DNA from: Zygophlyctis sp. KS116
Lineage: Eukaryota; Fungi; Chytridiomycota
Assembly: GCA_054661495.1 (NCBI GenBank)
Contig: BAAFSQ010000340.1
Coordinates: 1-9,959 of the forward strand
Direction of reading: 5' to 3'
Length of the DNA: 9,959 nucleotides
The notes beneath the pieces were generated by a model that saw only the letters and a list, made by a program, of their open reading frames with translations, was not told the origin of the DNA and did no database searches. Numbering within the stretch: position 1 is the first letter of the stretch; each line of letters begins with the position of its first letter. Shown here in pieces: positions 8,346 to 9,959 of this stretch. Position numbers and translations under genes: made by a program.

Positions 8346-8602
8346 AAGAACTATTCATAAAAAAATAAAAAAAATCGATTGATTGAATGATTTTTAATTT
8401 AGGAAATATCATGTTGTGTTGATTGAGTTTGTTTTTTTGTTTTATCATGCAAAAATTCTACGGTGATTGGCTGGAAAGTATCTGCAAATTTATCCTATGG
8501 TGACTCAAAAGTATTTGGTAAACATATCTTTCAGTCACATGACTCCGCGGAAATTTTGTTAGTCTCGAGTCACGAAATTTGTGTGTAAAAAAAATAATTG
8601 GG

Positions 8603-9607
8603 AGTCCAGAAATTTTAAGGTATTAAATTTATTGAATTAACACCAAGCTGTCTATCTGAATTATTTTATTATATTCCATCAAACAATCTTTTTCAAATTC
8701 TAAAAATGATTACTGCTTCAGTAATCTACCATCAATATTGGTTAAGGGAAAATCTCCCAGCTTCCCATCCACTTTTTAGAGCTACAATTTTTACTCAGGT
8801 ATACAGATTTCTACTTAAATATAGACGCATATCACGTCTCTCTTAACCTCAGGATTGATTAATCAATCTGAATCGAGTTGGAGGTCTACAGGTATACCAC
8901 CTCATGTAACTCAATTTATGGAATTTAAGTCTATAGTAAATTTTACTTAAATGATTTTAGAAACGAAAAATAGATTGGATCGAATCCAAAATCAATAATA
9001 TTTCAAAAGATGTTGTATGAGGCGTGATGGATGTTTTGGAAGCCCGAGCGATTGGTGCCGGTACCGTTACGCATGAAGGATTGGAGCAGCTCTTGGATGA
9101 AAAGCTGCAACTGATTGTGAATGCATTTGAAAATAGAACTTTGCATTCTGTAGCTGCTGCGTCGTGTAATTCTACCCCAATACAATCTCCAGTCGAATTA
9201 CCAGATACAGCAGCTATTCATCTCTGGGGAGGGCAACTGCATCGTGTATCGAGACCAATTGAATTCCATAGCAATCCTTCTATTTTAGAAGTATGGCGTT
9301 TGTGGAATTTCGGAGATCAATCTCAGGGTTACCCCCGTACCGACTTTTGAAACGTATAGATTTTGATGATAATAGGCGGTATTCAGAATTAAAGTATGTT
9401 GTACAGGCTATTATAAGAAAATATACTGGAAATGGGTTGCCTGGAATGCCCACTAGTCTTTCAGACTGTGATAGGTTGCTTTCAGATGCAATCGAGGCAA
9501 TTATTCCAAATAAAACTAAGAAAGGCAGAGAAAGAAGAGCACCGATTAACATTGGATTGCGGCAAGCTTAGAAAATATTAAAAGAGGAAGAGAGATTAGA
9601 ATCCTAG
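8603..9607 (+). mobile_element. Second Crypton-like element, C-terminal remnant (resembles the oomycete-type C-terminal region)
   Basis: After introns 8620-8647, 8799-8824 and 8936-8960 the frame reads ASVIYHQYWLRENLPASHPLF...TGIPPHV...WGGQLHRV...WRLWNFGD...PPYRLL...SELKYV. It has a stop near 9018 and a frameshift near 9330. The recombinase core is absent, so the family call is from recall of these motifs. Confidence 0.6.
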
Positions 9608-9816
9608 TTGCTTGTGAAATTTAGAATTTTGTATTTTTCTTTGAGATAATATTTCCTTTCAAGTGTTAGTTGTTAATAGTGTTCATTGATCTGTCTTAGA
9701 CAATGGACTGAAACGTCATCTATTGATGTCATTATCGGGTGATTAGAATTATATAAACTATCTGATTCATAACTTATTACTATTAGATTAACAGTCGAAT
9801 AGAATCTACAATAAGA

Positions 9817-9959
9817 ATGTCGAATAGAAAAGAATATGTTATTTATAATGGCGAAAACTATGGTGCTTGGCGTTTTGCTACTATGAATCATCTGAAATCA
9901 AAGAAAATTTGGAGAACAATAAGAGACCCAATCAATCCTAACATAAAAGTTGAAGGAGG
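9817..9959 (+). mobile_element. Copia gag N-terminus (DUF4219-like), runs off the right edge
   Basis: MSNRKEYVIYNGENYGAWRFATMNHLKSKKIWRTI matches the NGxNYxxW...L....W Copia gag start pattern. Too short for the ORF track. Confidence 0.75.

Noticed and set aside
9325-9331. AGGGTTA at a frameshift in the second Crypton-like remnant
   Set aside because: A 1-nt deletion in a G-L/Y-P-P-Y codon run explains it equally well.
9664-9816. 5' LTR/PBS for the right-edge Copia gag
   Set aside because: TGTTAG at 9664 is suggestive, but no clear CA end followed by a TGG primer-binding site was found.
634-9891. ORF-track entries 634..885, 3542..3730, 5586..5768, 6761..6958, 7446..7628, 7800..8033, 9003..9185, 9280..9552, 9673..9891 and 2327..2542
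   Set aside because: They are antisense or off-frame shadows of the identified genes and TE frames, with no motifs of their own.
1-9959. Prokaryotic origin, CRISPR array, rRNA or tRNA
   Set aside because: Spliceosomal introns and eukaryotic TE families are present. There is no regular repeat-spacer period (the telomeric tracts are irregular) and no recognisable structural RNA.
1-9959. Alternative genetic code (stop reassignment)
   Set aside because: Long exons and the Copia ORF contain no in-frame stops. The stops seen fall in introns or in degraded elements.

Overview
AT-rich eukaryotic DNA in the standard genetic code, with many ultra-short (24-33 nt) spliceosomal introns. The host is probably a fungus-like or protist lineage, but it cannot be identified from the sequence alone. 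Positions 1-1241 (minus strand) hold an apparently intact, 7-intron gene for a DUF3987/YfjI-like P-loop helicase that runs off the left edge. The remaining ~8.5 kb is a packed mosaic of truncated, internally deleted transposon pieces: a chromodomain Gypsy, a LINE RT, three to four Copia pieces, a PIF/Harbinger transposase and two Crypton-like elements. The most striking signal is short telomere-type (TTAGGG) tracts at fragment junctions and as frameshifting insertions inside TE coding frames. They occur with fold-back palindromes and short templated duplications, which suggests double-strand-break repair scars involving telomerase. All family calls come from manual translation and motif recognition; no database searches were run.
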